From positions 7,924-71,923 of the forward strand of contig JAOUNI010000004.1 in NCBI GenBank assembly GCA_029881035.1: a stretch of 64,000 nt of DNA, in the 5' to 3' direction. Shown in pieces: positions 29,723 to 40,034 of the stretch. The notes below the pieces were generated by a model that worked only from the letters and a program-made list of their open reading frames with translations, searched no databases and was not told the DNA's origin. The stretch comes from Gammaproteobacteria bacterium. GTDB lineage: Bacteria > Pseudomonadota > Gammaproteobacteria > SZUA-229. Position 1 is the first letter of the stretch, and the number at the start of each line of letters is the position of its first letter. Made by a program: the position numbers and the translations under genes.

Positions 29723-31263
29723 TGATAAAAGAGCAAACAAAAAATACATGGAGGTTTGCTGGTCCGTTGATGCTAGTGATGTTAATGATAACGCTGGTGC
29801 TTTATCAACATACCGCCTTATATCTCATCAGTTTATGGAATCAACTTGATGCCGGAGAATACGCGCATGGATATCTGGTATTAGCAATCAGCATTTATTT
29901 AATATTTAACCATAAACAAGAATTATCTACGTTAACACCTCATCCCGAATATCGAGCTTTATTGGTGGTGTTTGGTGCAAGTATGTTGTGGATGGTGGCT
30001 GCATTGGTTAATGTGGAAATGTTGCAGGCGGTGGCATTTCTTATTCTGGTGTTGGCCATTGTTTGGTCAGTGTTAGGAAATCAAGTAATCCGGTTGTTAG
30101 CATTCCCAATTTTATTTATCGCATTTGCAATTCCTATATGGTTTCCATTGTCACCGACTCTGCAAAATATAACTGCCGATGTTGTGTTTGGTGCTATACG
30201 AGTGCTTAGTGTTCCGGCATTTCGTCAGGATAATATGATTATACTGCCAGCCGGAACATTATCGATCGAAGAGGCATGTAGCGGTTTACGTTACCTGCTG
30301 GCAGCACTGACGTTAGGCACACTTTATGCCTACATGAATTATTTCAGTTTACGTGCACGATTGGTTGTTGTGTTAGTGGCGGCGGGTTCAGCGGTGTTAG
30401 CCAATATGCTGCGAGTGTTTATCGTCGTTTATTTGGGTTATACGACAGAAATGCAACACCCACTGGTTGCTGACCACTTAAGTCTGGGCTGGTATTTGTT
30501 TGCTGGTCTTGTGACTATTTTATTATTTGTTGATTCACAGTTACATAAAAAATATTTGTTTATGGAATCAGATGAGCTGGTGATGCCTAATGACATAAAA
30601 AAAAATATAGATCGGAAAATATATCCATATTACATAGCGTATGCCGTTTTAACAGGTATGTTGATATGTGTTGCTCCTCTAGTTGTGTATCAGGCCAGTA
30701 CACCGTCTGTGAGCGAGGAAGAGAAATATGGACCAGTATTACCACAAGAGGCAGGGGTTTGGCTGTCAACATTAGATAATAGTGATAACTGGAGCCCTGT
30801 TTATCACGGCGCTATAAACCAGAAACAGATATATGAAATGAGTAATAACAAAGTCATATTGTATATGGGTTATTATCCAGTACAAAAACAAGGTGAAGAA
30901 CTGATCAACGATCTTAATCACATTAGCACTAAAGATGGGTGGCGTTCCGTTTATCCGAGGCCACTAATACAGCAAATAGAGGATAAATTGATACTTGAGC
31001 AGGTGCTGGATAATGGCGAGAAAGAACAGCGTTTAGTATGGTTTTGGTATAACGTTGCAGGAACAGTCACAACGAATAAGTATGAAGCGAAATTTTTACA
31101 GGTACTTGGTTTGTTGACTGGTAAAACCTGGGCTTACATAGCAGCTGTTGCTGTAGATAAGAATGATGATGTTGATATAAGCAGGCGGATCTTAAAAGAT
31201 TTTATAGGATCAATAGAAGAACCAATAAAAAGTGAGATTGAACGAATCACCGTCCATCACTAA
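29722..31263 (+). CDS. xrtA: Exosortase A (XrtA) fused to an EpsI-family C-terminal domain
   Basis: 8-TM N-terminal region carries the exosortase catalytic Cys (SIEEACSG), conserved Arg (ANMLRVF) and His. A ~200-aa soluble C-terminal extension (EpsI-like) follows. The GTG start overlaps the prsR TAG by 1 nt. Confidence 0.85.
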   Translation: MIKEQTKNTWRFAGPLMLVMLMITLVLYQHTALYLISLWNQLDAGEYAHGYLVLAISIYLIFNHKQELSTLTPHPEYRALLVVFGASMLWMVAALVNVEMLQAVAFLILVLAIVWSVLGNQVIRLLAFPILFIAFAIPIWFPLSPTLQNITADVVFGAIRVLSVPAFRQDNMIILPAGTLSIEEACSGLRYLLAALTLGTLYAYMNYFSLRARLVVVLVAAGSAVLANMLRVFIVVYLGYTTEMQHPLVADHLSLGWYLFAGLVTILLFVDSQLHKKYLFMESDELVMPNDIKKNIDRKIYPYYIAYAVLTGMLICVAPLVVYQASTPSVSEEEKYGPVLPQEAGVWLSTLDNSDNWSPVYHGAINQKQIYEMSNNKVILYMGYYPVQKQGEELINDLNHISTKDGWRSVYPRPLIQQIEDKLILEQVLDNGEKEQRLVWFWYNVAGTVTTNKYEAKFLQVLGLLTGKTWAYIAAVAVDKNDDVDISRRILKDFIGSIEEPIKSEIERITVHH

Positions 31264-31330
31264 ATGTATTGTTTTGATTTTTTAAGTAAATGTATAAATA
31301 CGATAATGAGAAAGATAATAAGGAGAAGTT

Positions 31331-34144
31331 ATGAATATCAAGATAAAAACACTGATCCGAATAAATAGAGTTCTTCTGATCGCAGTCACAATAGCACTTT
31401 TAGGTTGTTCCCCCGAGGTTAGCGATGAGCAGATGGTCCAGACGGCTAGAACATATATCGATAAAAATCAATTGCGTGAAGCAGCGTTGGAACTGAAAAA
31501 TGTGCTACAAAGGAATTCTGATAATGCAGAGGCGCGTTATCTTCTAGGTATTATTAATCTTGATATAGGCGATGCAGCCTCAGCGGAAAAAGAGTTTAGG
31601 CGTGCTGCTAGTGCTGGCTGGCAAGAAGGGCTTGCTCGTGTTGGTCAGGCCAGAGCGATGATTAATAGCAAGGCGTTTCAGAAACTGATCGATGAAATTG
31701 AAATCAAGAATGATTATCCCGCTAATATACGTGCTGACCTCTATGCTTTGCATGCACTGGCACAGGCAGGTCTTGGTAATATAGTTGAGTCCATAGAAAC
31801 ACTAAATAAAGCTTCTGAAATTGATGCAAATGCATTTCATGTTTTGAAGTCATCTATTCAAATATACCTGGCAAACAATGATATGGTGAGGGCTAAGGAT
31901 AGCTTAAAAATGGCATTAATAACATACGGAGAAAATCTGGAAATTTTGTTGCTGAGTGCGGCTATAGCTATAGAGGATAAGGATTATGTGGGAGCATCGG
32001 AAACCTACAAAAAGATCATTGAACAAGAGCCCGATAAATTGGTCACTATTTATGGAAGACGTGCCCGTTTGGCATTGGCGCGTTTTGAAATACTGAATAA
32101 AGAATTTGATAAAGCGAAACTGACATTACAACCGCTATTTAAGCAGAGTGAGGGTGATCCGGAAACCAATTTTGTTGGTGGCTTACTTGCGTTTGAGCAA
32201 GGGGATCTGAGTCTTGCTGAAGAGCGACTTCTTTCTGTTCTTAAAGTAGCTCCAAACCACGCACCAACGCAGTTGTTATTTGGTACGGTCAGTTATGCTC
32301 AGCAAGATTATGAACAAGCAGTTTATTATATTGCTAAATATGTCAGTGTTGCACCAGAAAATCTGGGTGCTCGTAAACTGTTGGGGCGTGCTTATATACA
32401 AATGGGCCAAAATAATGAAGCGCAGGCTGCATTACAGCCGGGCTTAAAAAATAGTAGTGAAGATGCAGAGTTATTGGCACTGGTTAGCTTTTCACAATTA
32501 CAGGGAGGTGATATAGCATCAGGAATTGCTGGTTTGGAGAAAGCCGTTAAAGTCGAACCAGAGAGCATTGTTTTAAGAAACGAGTTAGCCAGAGCTTATA
32601 TTTCTGCCGGTGAGACTGAAAATGCTATCAGGGAATTAAACACTATTCTTGTCAAAGATGGTGATAAACAACAGGCTGAAATTTTATTAATATCTGCACA
32701 TATAAAAGCAGAACATTATGACAAGGCCATTGATGTTGTGCTGGATATGCTTAAAAAAAGCCCTGATAACCCGGCAGTGCTTGCTCTGGCAGGTAATGTA
32801 TTTGTGGTGAGCAATGACAGGCCAGAGGCACGTAAATATTTTAATAAAGCATTGGAGATCAAACCGGACTATATGCCTGCGTCCATGTTGCTGGCAAGGC
32901 TGGAAGAAATTGAGGAGCATCCTGCTGAAGCTGAGTCGTTATATAAAAAACTAGCGGATAAGAATTTAGAAGATATCTCTCCTATGATGGCGCTTGCGCG
33001 TCTGGCAGAGACACAAAAGCAACCACAAAAAATGGTTGAGTGGTTGGAAAAGGCTCGTAAAACGGCACCTAATGAAATCAAACCACGTAAAATTTTGGCT
33101 GAATATTATTTACGAGAAAATCAATTGGACAAGGTCGCTCAGTTGATCACTGAAGCAATAAAGATTGCACCTCGTGATAATGCGCTGCTGCTTTTAGAAG
33201 CAAGATTGCAGATAGCCCAAGGCCAGAATAATAAAGCGTTGCCGATACTTAATGAGCTTGTTACCAAGGTCCCTGATTCAGTGTTAGCGCGTACCATGTT
33301 AGGTGAAACCTATCTCAAACTTGGCCAACTATCAGATGCCCGCAGACAAGTAAGCATTGTTTTAGAAAAACAGGCTTATTATGCACCAGCCCTGTTATTA
33401 ATGGCCGGAATTGAACTGCGAGCGGGCAACTATGATCAAGTGCTGAATTATGCGATGCAAGTTCAGAAAGTTTGGGTTGACTCATACATGGGTGCTGATG
33501 CATACATGGGGTATGAACTTGCTGGAGATGCTTATATACAAAAGAAAAACTATGCCAATGCCAAAGTTAATTATGAACAGGCATGGCAACGTAAACAGTC
33601 ATCCGAGTTAGCAATCAAACTTTCTGACGTATTAGTTCGTTCTGGCGAGTTTGACACGGCAACAAAACCCTTGCTTGCCTGGTTAAGCAGTCATCCTGAT
33701 GAGGTTCGCGTGCTCCAATTTTTGGGCTCAACGTATCAAAACATGAAACAGAATAAGGAAGCCATTAAAGCCTATGAGAAAGTGTTAACAATTCAGGTAG
33801 ACAACTTAGTCGCACTCAACAACCTCGCCTGGTTATATTCACTGGCAAATAATCCTAAATCACTTGAGTTGGCGGAAAGAGCGTACAACGCAAACTCCAG
33901 CGATGCCAGTATACAGGATACCTATGGTTGGGTATTAGTGCAGCAAGGCCAGACAGATAAGGGGCTTGGCTTATTAGAGCAGGTCATGAAATCTTTGCCG
34001 GGAGTGCCAGAAGTTCAGTATCACTACGCGGTCGCTTTGATGAAATCCGGGGAGGAAATCAAGGGCCGTCAAATACTCGGCAAGTTACTTAGCAGTGGCA
34101 AGTCATTTGAAGGCCGCGACTCAGCTGAGAAGATTATGAATTAG
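31331..34144 (+). CDS. prsT: PEP-CTERM system TPR-repeat lipoprotein PrsT
   Basis: 937 aa with lipobox LLGC. The whole length is composed of TPR repeats. Its position downstream of xrtA is typical. Confidence 0.85.
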   Translation: MNIKIKTLIRINRVLLIAVTIALLGCSPEVSDEQMVQTARTYIDKNQLREAALELKNVLQRNSDNAEARYLLGIINLDIGDAASAEKEFRRAASAGWQEGLARVGQARAMINSKAFQKLIDEIEIKNDYPANIRADLYALHALAQAGLGNIVESIETLNKASEIDANAFHVLKSSIQIYLANNDMVRAKDSLKMALITYGENLEILLLSAAIAIEDKDYVGASETYKKIIEQEPDKLVTIYGRRARLALARFEILNKEFDKAKLTLQPLFKQSEGDPETNFVGGLLAFEQGDLSLAEERLLSVLKVAPNHAPTQLLFGTVSYAQQDYEQAVYYIAKYVSVAPENLGARKLLGRAYIQMGQNNEAQAALQPGLKNSSEDAELLALVSFSQLQGGDIASGIAGLEKAVKVEPESIVLRNELARAYISAGETENAIRELNTILVKDGDKQQAEILLISAHIKAEHYDKAIDVVLDMLKKSPDNPAVLALAGNVFVVSNDRPEARKYFNKALEIKPDYMPASMLLARLEEIEEHPAEAESLYKKLADKNLEDISPMMALARLAETQKQPQKMVEWLEKARKTAPNEIKPRKILAEYYLRENQLDKVAQLITEAIKIAPRDNALLLLEARLQIAQGQNNKALPILNELVTKVPDSVLARTMLGETYLKLGQLSDARRQVSIVLEKQAYYAPALLLMAGIELRAGNYDQVLNYAMQVQKVWVDSYMGADAYMGYELAGDAYIQKKNYANAKVNYEQAWQRKQSSELAIKLSDVLVRSGEFDTATKPLLAWLSSHPDEVRVLQFLGSTYQNMKQNKEAIKAYEKVLTIQVDNLVALNNLAWLYSLANNPKSLELAERAYNANSSDASIQDTYGWVLVQQGQTDKGLGLLEQVMKSLPGVPEVQYHYAVALMKSGEEIKGRQILGKLLSSGKSFEGRDSAEKIMN

Positions 34145-34174
34145 TGGTCAGGCTCTACTTAAAAAATGCAAAAA

Positions 34175-34201
34175 AAAACCGCGCATTGCGCGGTTTTTTT
34201 A
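34175..34201. terminator. Bidirectional rho-independent terminator
   Basis: A8-CCGCGC-att-GCGCGG-T7, between the convergent prsT and PEP-CTERM genes. Confidence 0.65.
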
Positions 34202-34219
34202 TATGGCTTTTAGTTAGAC

Positions 34220-34801
34220 TTAAGCTGTTTTACGCAATTTACGTGACACACCAAAACCGATAAGGCCAACACCTAGCAATAAAGCTAGGCCTGGCTCTGG
34301 AACGGCAGAAGAAGAAAAAGAGAACCTATTTCCAGAGAAGTCCCAATTTCCGTAAGTATCTGCATATCCATCAATAGACATAAAACCATTTCCTTCTAAT
34401 AAAATTGTGCTTGTACCTTTTACCAAGGTAGTAACAGAGTTCATAGTGAAAGAATAAGTTAACCCTGAATAGTTAAATGACCACAATGGTGTTCCTGAAG
34501 CAAGTGGAGAAAACTGAAAATCGAAGAAATCAACACCTGTGTTTTCAGTGCCTGCAAAGCTACCAGTACCCTCTACAACATTTTGATCAAAACCATTATC
34601 ACCAGCGGTAAATGAGATACCAGTAGAGGCTGCTAGAGTAGTGCTATTCCACAGGCTATCAACACTTGTCCAATATGCATTAGTTTCACTACTAAAAGCG
34701 ATCCCCCCAACTATTGGGGTAGTAGGCATAACTATCGCAGAAGCAACGCTTGATATAGCGAATATGCTTGCAGTTAATAATAATTGTCTTAATGTTTTCA
34801 T
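34220..34801 (-). CDS. PEP-CTERM sorting-domain protein
   Basis: Signal peptide is present. C-terminus VPEPGLALLLGVGLIGFGVSRKLRKTA. Confidence 0.85.
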   Translation of the reverse strand: MKTLRQLLLTASIFAISSVASAIVMPTTPIVGGIAFSSETNAYWTSVDSLWNSTTLAASTGISFTAGDNGFDQNVVEGTGSFAGTENTGVDFFDFQFSPLASGTPLWSFNYSGLTYSFTMNSVTTLVKGTSTILLEGNGFMSIDGYADTYGNWDFSGNRFSFSSSAVPEPGLALLLGVGLIGFGVSRKLRKTA

Positions 34802-34885
34802 TTTAATTTCCCTGATTAGTTAAAAGTTAATATTGTCTCAAGCCGATTATTCAAATCATCAACATGATCCTTTGATGTATGTAAT

Positions 34886-34900
34886 GCAATTGACATGCCA
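34886..34900 (-). promoter_or_regulatory. Sigma-54 promoter for the PEP-CTERM gene 34220..34801
   Basis: Minus strand reads TGGCATG-TCAA-TTGC, a near-perfect match to TGGCACG-N4-TTGC. It is ~85 nt upstream of the ATG. Confidence 0.55.
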
Positions 34901-34963
34901 ACTCACCAAGTTATTGATATTACGAGATAAAGTATTATCTGGGGTTGCTTATTGATAGAGAAT

Positions 34964-34980
34964 TGTAATCTATAGTGACA
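34964..34980 (+). promoter_or_regulatory. Candidate enhancer or PEP-CTERM-box motif copy C (TGTAATCTATAGTGACA)
   Basis: Related 17-mer, 64-80 bp upstream of the -24 element at 34900. Confidence 0.4.
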
Positions 34981-35072
34981 CTAAAACACCTGAAATAACA
35001 AAACATGGGTTCTGATTTTGATCTATAGTCCATTAAGTCAATACAAAACAAAGAGTTATATTTTTTTTAAAA

Positions 35073-35089
35073 TGTAAAAAAAAGTGACG
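35073..35089 (+). promoter_or_regulatory. Candidate motif copy D (TGTAAAAAAAAGTGACG)
   Basis: 13/17 match to copy A with the same TGTAA..GTGAC ends. It is the second copy in the same divergent intergenic region. Confidence 0.3.
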
Positions 35090-35280
35090 TCTAATAAATT
35101 AATGTAGTTATTAAAAACACAGGATAAACACATTAGCGTCAACTATAATGTGCGGTAACAAGGAGTAAAGGATCGTTTTTTTAGGATCAGAAAAACAACA
35201 GGATAGTGTTTTTAGCGGGATTAGTTATGCTTTCCACCATCAATACACCACAATGATGTCATCAATAATTAGCTACTTTA

Positions 35281-36813
35281 ATGAATGAACAATTAACGGA
35301 AATCTATAGTTACTTACATGGCATGTGGCGTTACCGCTGGGCGGCGCTCGTGGTAGCGTGGGTTGTTGCATTGGCCGGATGGCTGTATGTGATTGCTATG
35401 CCAAACCAGTACAATGCACAGGCGGTGGTTTACATCGACACTTCATCAGTAATGAAGCCATTGTTAAAGGGGTTGGCACCTGAAACAGATTCTTATGATG
35501 AGATTAAAGTGATGTCTCGAGTGCTTTTGAGTCGGGATAACTTGCTATCAGTGATACGTGAAACTGATATGGACCTGAAGATTGACAGTCCAGAGTCCAG
35601 AGAAAACCTTGTTGAAGAATTGGCGAGGACAATTGTGCTAAAAGGTGGTGGCAGTGAAAAAAAATGGGAAGCCAAAAGTAACATTTATGAAATCAGCTAT
35701 CAGGCTACATCAGCAGAACGTGCTTACCAGGTTGTCTCGAAGTTATTGAATACGATGATCGAAGGTACACTGAACTCAACTCGTACTGATACGATAACAG
35801 TGCAAAAATTTCTTGATACCCAGATATCAGAGCATGAGCAACGTCTTACACTGGCAGAGCAACAATTGGCAGACTTTAAGAAGGCAAATGTTGGTTTTAT
35901 GCCTGATGAAAAAGGTGGTTACTATATGCGTCTGCAACGTGCGCAGGATGCAGTAGAGAGTACGCGTTCTGCATTGAGACTGGCAGAGAGAAGGCATATA
36001 GAATTGAATAAGCAGCTTAAAGGTGAAAAGCCTATGTTAGGTCGTGATAGCTATGGATCAGCGACTGCAAATAAAATTCATCAATACCAGGAGCAGCTAA
36101 ATATTCTGTTGAATCAATTTACCGAACAACATCCCGATGTACAGGCGCTTCGTTCGGCAATAGCTGATCTGGAGTCTAATCACAATACGCCGGCCAGTGT
36201 TGAAGCTGCTGGTGGTAGTAGTGAAGCGACGGAATTTAACCCTGTCTATCAGGATATGAGAGTTGAGTTAAGCAAAGCTGCGGTTGAGGTTGAAACGTTA
36301 AAGGCTCAGTTGGTCGATTATGAGCGGCAGGTGCAAAAACTAACAGACTCGATTGATGTAATTCCAGAAGTGGAAGCTAAACTTTCTAAGCTGAACCGTG
36401 ATTACGAAGTGACCCGTGAGCGTTATCTGGATCTTGTCGAGCGCAGGGAGGCTGCAAAGCTTGCCCAAAGTGCTGACCAGAGTGCCAATGATGTTACTTT
36501 CCGTATTATTGAGCCCCCAATTGTGCCTATCCGAGCATCTGGGCCAGAGCGTTTGTTGCTGATGACAGGTGTATTATTTGCCGCATTAGCAGCAGGTCTG
36601 GGTTGGAGTTTTCTGCAATACCAATTGCAACCAACCTATATTAATTTGCAGCAAGTCAGGCTTGGAACAGGATTGCCTGTTCTGGGCTCTGTTAGTTTAT
36701 ATTTGACGCCCGAGCACAGGAAAAAACGACGATTGCAACTGGCCTCTTTTTTATCTGCCACGGTTCTTCTTATCTGTGCCTATGGCGGCACCATCTATAG
36801 TGTATTGTCATGA
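35281..36813 (+). CDS. epsF: PEP-CTERM-locus polysaccharide chain-length determinant (Wzz/PCP-like, EpsF type)
   Basis: N-terminal TM helix, a long periplasmic coiled-coil region, and a C-terminal TM helix. The stop overlaps the start of the downstream kinase gene (ATGA). Confidence 0.8.
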   Translation: MNEQLTEIYSYLHGMWRYRWAALVVAWVVALAGWLYVIAMPNQYNAQAVVYIDTSSVMKPLLKGLAPETDSYDEIKVMSRVLLSRDNLLSVIRETDMDLKIDSPESRENLVEELARTIVLKGGGSEKKWEAKSNIYEISYQATSAERAYQVVSKLLNTMIEGTLNSTRTDTITVQKFLDTQISEHEQRLTLAEQQLADFKKANVGFMPDEKGGYYMRLQRAQDAVESTRSALRLAERRHIELNKQLKGEKPMLGRDSYGSATANKIHQYQEQLNILLNQFTEQHPDVQALRSAIADLESNHNTPASVEAAGGSSEATEFNPVYQDMRVELSKAAVEVETLKAQLVDYERQVQKLTDSIDVIPEVEAKLSKLNRDYEVTRERYLDLVERREAAKLAQSADQSANDVTFRIIEPPIVPIRASGPERLLLMTGVLFAALAAGLGWSFLQYQLQPTYINLQQVRLGTGLPVLGSVSLYLTPEHRKKRRLQLASFLSATVLLICAYGGTIYSVLS

Positions 36814-37685
36814 GTAAAAAAGAGAAAGAGAGTGAACCAGCAACAATAGCGAGTCTAATGGCATCAAGAGCTGTTACTAATAGTGGTGATAGTGACTTTT
36901 TTTTACCTAAGAATGTGTCACATGGAAATTTAAAATCAGCATCGAAAGCACCATTGAGTGTTGCTGTAGAGAGTCGTTTGAGGGACGCGAATATGCTGGT
37001 TTCGGGAAGTCAGCTGGGAGAGCGTTTTTCAGATGAATATCGTAGAATTAAGCGTCCATTACTGGCAAATGCATTTGGTAAAACGGCTTCGCTAGTTGAG
37101 CAGGGAAACCTTATTTTGGTCACCAGCTCGATTCCTGGTGAAGGAAAAACGCATACTGCCGCCAATCTTGCCCTGTCAATGGCGCAGGAGAAAGATCATA
37201 CGGTGTTGTTGGTTGATTGTGATGTCAATAAACATGGCATTACTCGACTATTTGGCCTTACTGATAAGCCAGGTCTGGTTGATGTGCTTGAAAGTGATAG
37301 TTTATCTATAGGTGATGTAATGTTACGTACGGATATTCCGGAGTTAAGCATAATCAGCGCGGGTAAAGGTAATGAATATGTAACTGAAATGCTGGCTAGT
37401 CAGAAAATGTTTGATTTTGTGTCTGAACTTGCTTCTCGGTATGATGACCGCGTCATTATTTTTGACGGACCACCGCTTTTACCAACGCCACAAACTCAGG
37501 TTTTAGCAGGTTTGGTAGGGCAAATAGTTTTTGTTATTGAGGCGGGAAAAACCCCTCAAATGCTGGTTAGGGAGGCGTTGGAAATGATCCCCAGAGAAAA
37601 AGCCACCAACCTGGTGGTGAACAAAAGTGAGGGCATGTCTGATCGCGGTGGTTATTATTATGGTTACTACGGCTCAGAGAGCTAA
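36810..37685 (+). CDS. epsG: Exopolysaccharide-associated BY-kinase (tyrosine autokinase, EpsG type)
   Basis: Walker A GEGKT, Walker A' and Walker B (VLLVDCD, IIFDGPP), and a C-terminal Tyr-rich tail (GGYYYGYYGSES). Confidence 0.8.
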   Translation: MSKKEKESEPATIASLMASRAVTNSGDSDFFLPKNVSHGNLKSASKAPLSVAVESRLRDANMLVSGSQLGERFSDEYRRIKRPLLANAFGKTASLVEQGNLILVTSSIPGEGKTHTAANLALSMAQEKDHTVLLVDCDVNKHGITRLFGLTDKPGLVDVLESDSLSIGDVMLRTDIPELSIISAGKGNEYVTEMLASQKMFDFVSELASRYDDRVIIFDGPPLLPTPQTQVLAGLVGQIVFVIEAGKTPQMLVREALEMIPREKATNLVVNKSEGMSDRGGYYYGYYGSES

Positions 37686-37711
37686 AATACTTCCTGTAGG
37701 GCAACCCTAAG

Positions 37712-38572
37712 ATGGTAATTCAGAATGCTTTGACCGTCGATGTTGAAGACTATTTTCACGTTTCTGCTTTTGCAAAAAGTATTAATCAGCAGGATTGGGA
37801 TAAATATCCTCTGCGAGTAGGAAATAATACACGCCGATTGCTGGATCTGTTTGACGAATACGAGGTAAAAGCTACCTTTTTTGTATTGGGCTGGGTCGCG
37901 GAACGCGCGCGTGATCTTGTTAAGGAGATCGCCAATAGAGGGCACGAGGTTGCTTGCCACGGTTACAGTCATCAGTTGGTCTACAATCAGAGCCCGGAAG
38001 TATTTCGCGAAGAAACATTTCGTTCAAAACATCTGCTCGAAGATATAGCTCAAACGCCGATACGTGGTTACCGTGCGGCGAGTTATTCAATTACCAGTCG
38101 TTCGCTTTGGGCATTGGATATTCTTGCTGAAGCCGGCTTTGACTACGATTCCAGTATTTTTCCAGTTAGACATGATCGATATGGTATTCCAGATGCACCA
38201 GAGTTTCCTTATCGCATGAAAACGCAAGATGGTCATTTGCTGGTAGAATTTCCACTCTCGACTGCAAAGTTGTTCCAGTACCGATTGCCTGTAGCAGGTG
38301 GCGGTTATTTTCGACTTTATCCTTATGCGATAACAAAGGCAGGTTTGTCGCAAATTAATCGAAGGCAGCAACCCTTTATATTTTATTTGCACCCCTGGGA
38401 GATTGATCCTGATCAGCCAAGAATATCAGCAAAATGGTTTTCCCGTTTTCGGCATTATAATAATCTTGGTAAATGCGAAGCGCGGTTACATCATCTTTTG
38501 TCAGATTTTAAATTTGGAACAAGTGAAAGTGTTTTAACATCACTTGGGCTGATAAATCGTATCGAACAATAA
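37712..38572 (+). CDS. XrtA-locus polysaccharide deacetylase (NodB homology domain)
   Basis: TVDVEDYFH ... HGYSH ... PWE motifs of the carbohydrate esterase family 4 / PEP-CTERM deacetylase subfamily. Confidence 0.85.
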   Translation: MVIQNALTVDVEDYFHVSAFAKSINQQDWDKYPLRVGNNTRRLLDLFDEYEVKATFFVLGWVAERARDLVKEIANRGHEVACHGYSHQLVYNQSPEVFREETFRSKHLLEDIAQTPIRGYRAASYSITSRSLWALDILAEAGFDYDSSIFPVRHDRYGIPDAPEFPYRMKTQDGHLLVEFPLSTAKLFQYRLPVAGGGYFRLYPYAITKAGLSQINRRQQPFIFYLHPWEIDPDQPRISAKWFSRFRHYNNLGKCEARLHHLLSDFKFGTSESVLTSLGLINRIEQ

Positions 38573-38592
38573 AGCCTAAACAGGAGAACCCT

Positions 38593-39723
38593 TTGCCCGA
38601 TTACCGTGCTGAATCCTGTACAATAAAAAACATAAGCGATTTAAAACAGGAATGGATCAATCTTCAGGAACGTGCGGATTGTTCTTACTTTCAGTCATGG
38701 GGCTGGGTAGGTACGTGGCTAGAGCACGTAGTAGATGATTTTGAGCCTACATTAATAAAAATATGGCACAACGACTTACTTGTGGGCATGGGCGTATTTG
38801 TGACCAAACAAGTGACACGCCGCGGCGTCATCCATTCTAACACCATGTTTCTCAATGAATATCCTTTTGATGGTCGAAATATGGCTATTGAATACAATGG
38901 TTTGTTGGTTGATAAAATGCACAGGCAAGCTGTTTACCAGCAGGCCATAGAGCATTTGCTTAGTACAAAGTACGATGTTGATGAGTTCTTTTTTAGTGGT
39001 TTATGTGAAGGCGAGGACGTAAAACTACTTAAGGATAGTCATGTTGATGACAAAATCTCTTTAAATGTTTTGGAGATATCATCCGCATGGTCAGTAGATC
39101 TGGACACTTTTGAGCCAGAGATCAGTGCCTTTCTGGAGACATTAAGTAAAAACAGAAGAGCTCAGATCCGGCGTTCAATGCAGCTTTATGAAAACCAGGG
39201 TGGCTTGCAGATTAATGAAGCACAAACAATGGATGATGCTTTGGTCTGGTTCGATGAATTAAAAAAGTTACATACAAATCACTGGGTGAACAAAGGTCAG
39301 CCGGGCTCATTTGCGAATCCGAGGTGGGAAGCCTTTCATAGGGCTTTGATACAAAATCGTTTTCATACTGGCGAAATACAGTTGTTGAAAGCGAGTAATG
39401 AAACGTTGGCAATTGGGTATCTGTATAATTTTGTCTGGCGAAAACGTGTCTATGTGTTACAGACGGGGTTTAGTGATTCATTAGACAAAAAATTAATGCC
39501 AGGCTATGTGACGCACGTGCTAGCTATTGTGTATAACAAAGTAAAAGGCATGTCTGTGTATGATTTGATGCACGGAGATTCGCTTTATAAAAGGTTGTTG
39601 TGTAACCAGAGCCACACACTTATCTGGATGGTATTACAAAGGCGGCAGCTAAGATTTGAGGTAGAAAAAGTGGCTGTTGATGTGATAAGAGGCTTCAGAA
39701 AAATGATCCGTTTCGGGCATTGA
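38593..39723 (+). CDS. FemAB-family (GNAT fold) protein, PEP-CTERM-system-associated
   Basis: 376 aa. The sequence resembles the FemAB-related family found in XrtA loci and is colinear with the C-terminal ~340 aa of ORF 45071..46504. Confidence 0.7.
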   Translation: MPDYRAESCTIKNISDLKQEWINLQERADCSYFQSWGWVGTWLEHVVDDFEPTLIKIWHNDLLVGMGVFVTKQVTRRGVIHSNTMFLNEYPFDGRNMAIEYNGLLVDKMHRQAVYQQAIEHLLSTKYDVDEFFFSGLCEGEDVKLLKDSHVDDKISLNVLEISSAWSVDLDTFEPEISAFLETLSKNRRAQIRRSMQLYENQGGLQINEAQTMDDALVWFDELKKLHTNHWVNKGQPGSFANPRWEAFHRALIQNRFHTGEIQLLKASNETLAIGYLYNFVWRKRVYVLQTGFSDSLDKKLMPGYVTHVLAIVYNKVKGMSVYDLMHGDSLYKRLLCNQSHTLIWMVLQRRQLRFEVEKVAVDVIRGFRKMIRFGH

Positions 39724-39953
39724 TAGTAGCGGAAAACATAATGTAAATGGGCATACTTTGGATGTGCCCAGTGAATATGAGTTGTATTTGCAGCACCAAT
39801 AATGAGCCAATATTTTACCTGTCATGATATTTAACAGTTTCAGTGCATGTGCGATGTGTTTTATAACCTTATGTTTTTACGAGAAATAATCTATGCATAT
39901 ATATAGATCAGCTTGTTTGAGTATGATCAACTGAAATTTAGGCTCAATTAGGC

Positions 39954-39970
39954 GTCACAAACTTTTACAG
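39954..39970 (-). promoter_or_regulatory. Candidate motif copy E (minus-strand TGTAAAAGTTTGTGACG)
   Basis: 13/17 match. Its orientation relative to the downstream gene is the same as for copies A and C. It is 65-81 bp upstream of the -24 element at 40035. Confidence 0.35.
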
Positions 39971-40034
39971 CAAGGACCGTGTCAACATTAGCAGCAAAAC
40001 TGTAACATATTGATTAATAGCGGATAATGCTAAA

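Noticed and set aside
33481-33520. Short direct repeat catacatgggtgctgatgcatacatggggtatg
   Set aside because: It encodes a local YMGADAYMGY duplication inside a TPR repeat of PrsT. It is a coding feature, not a regulatory or mobile repeat.
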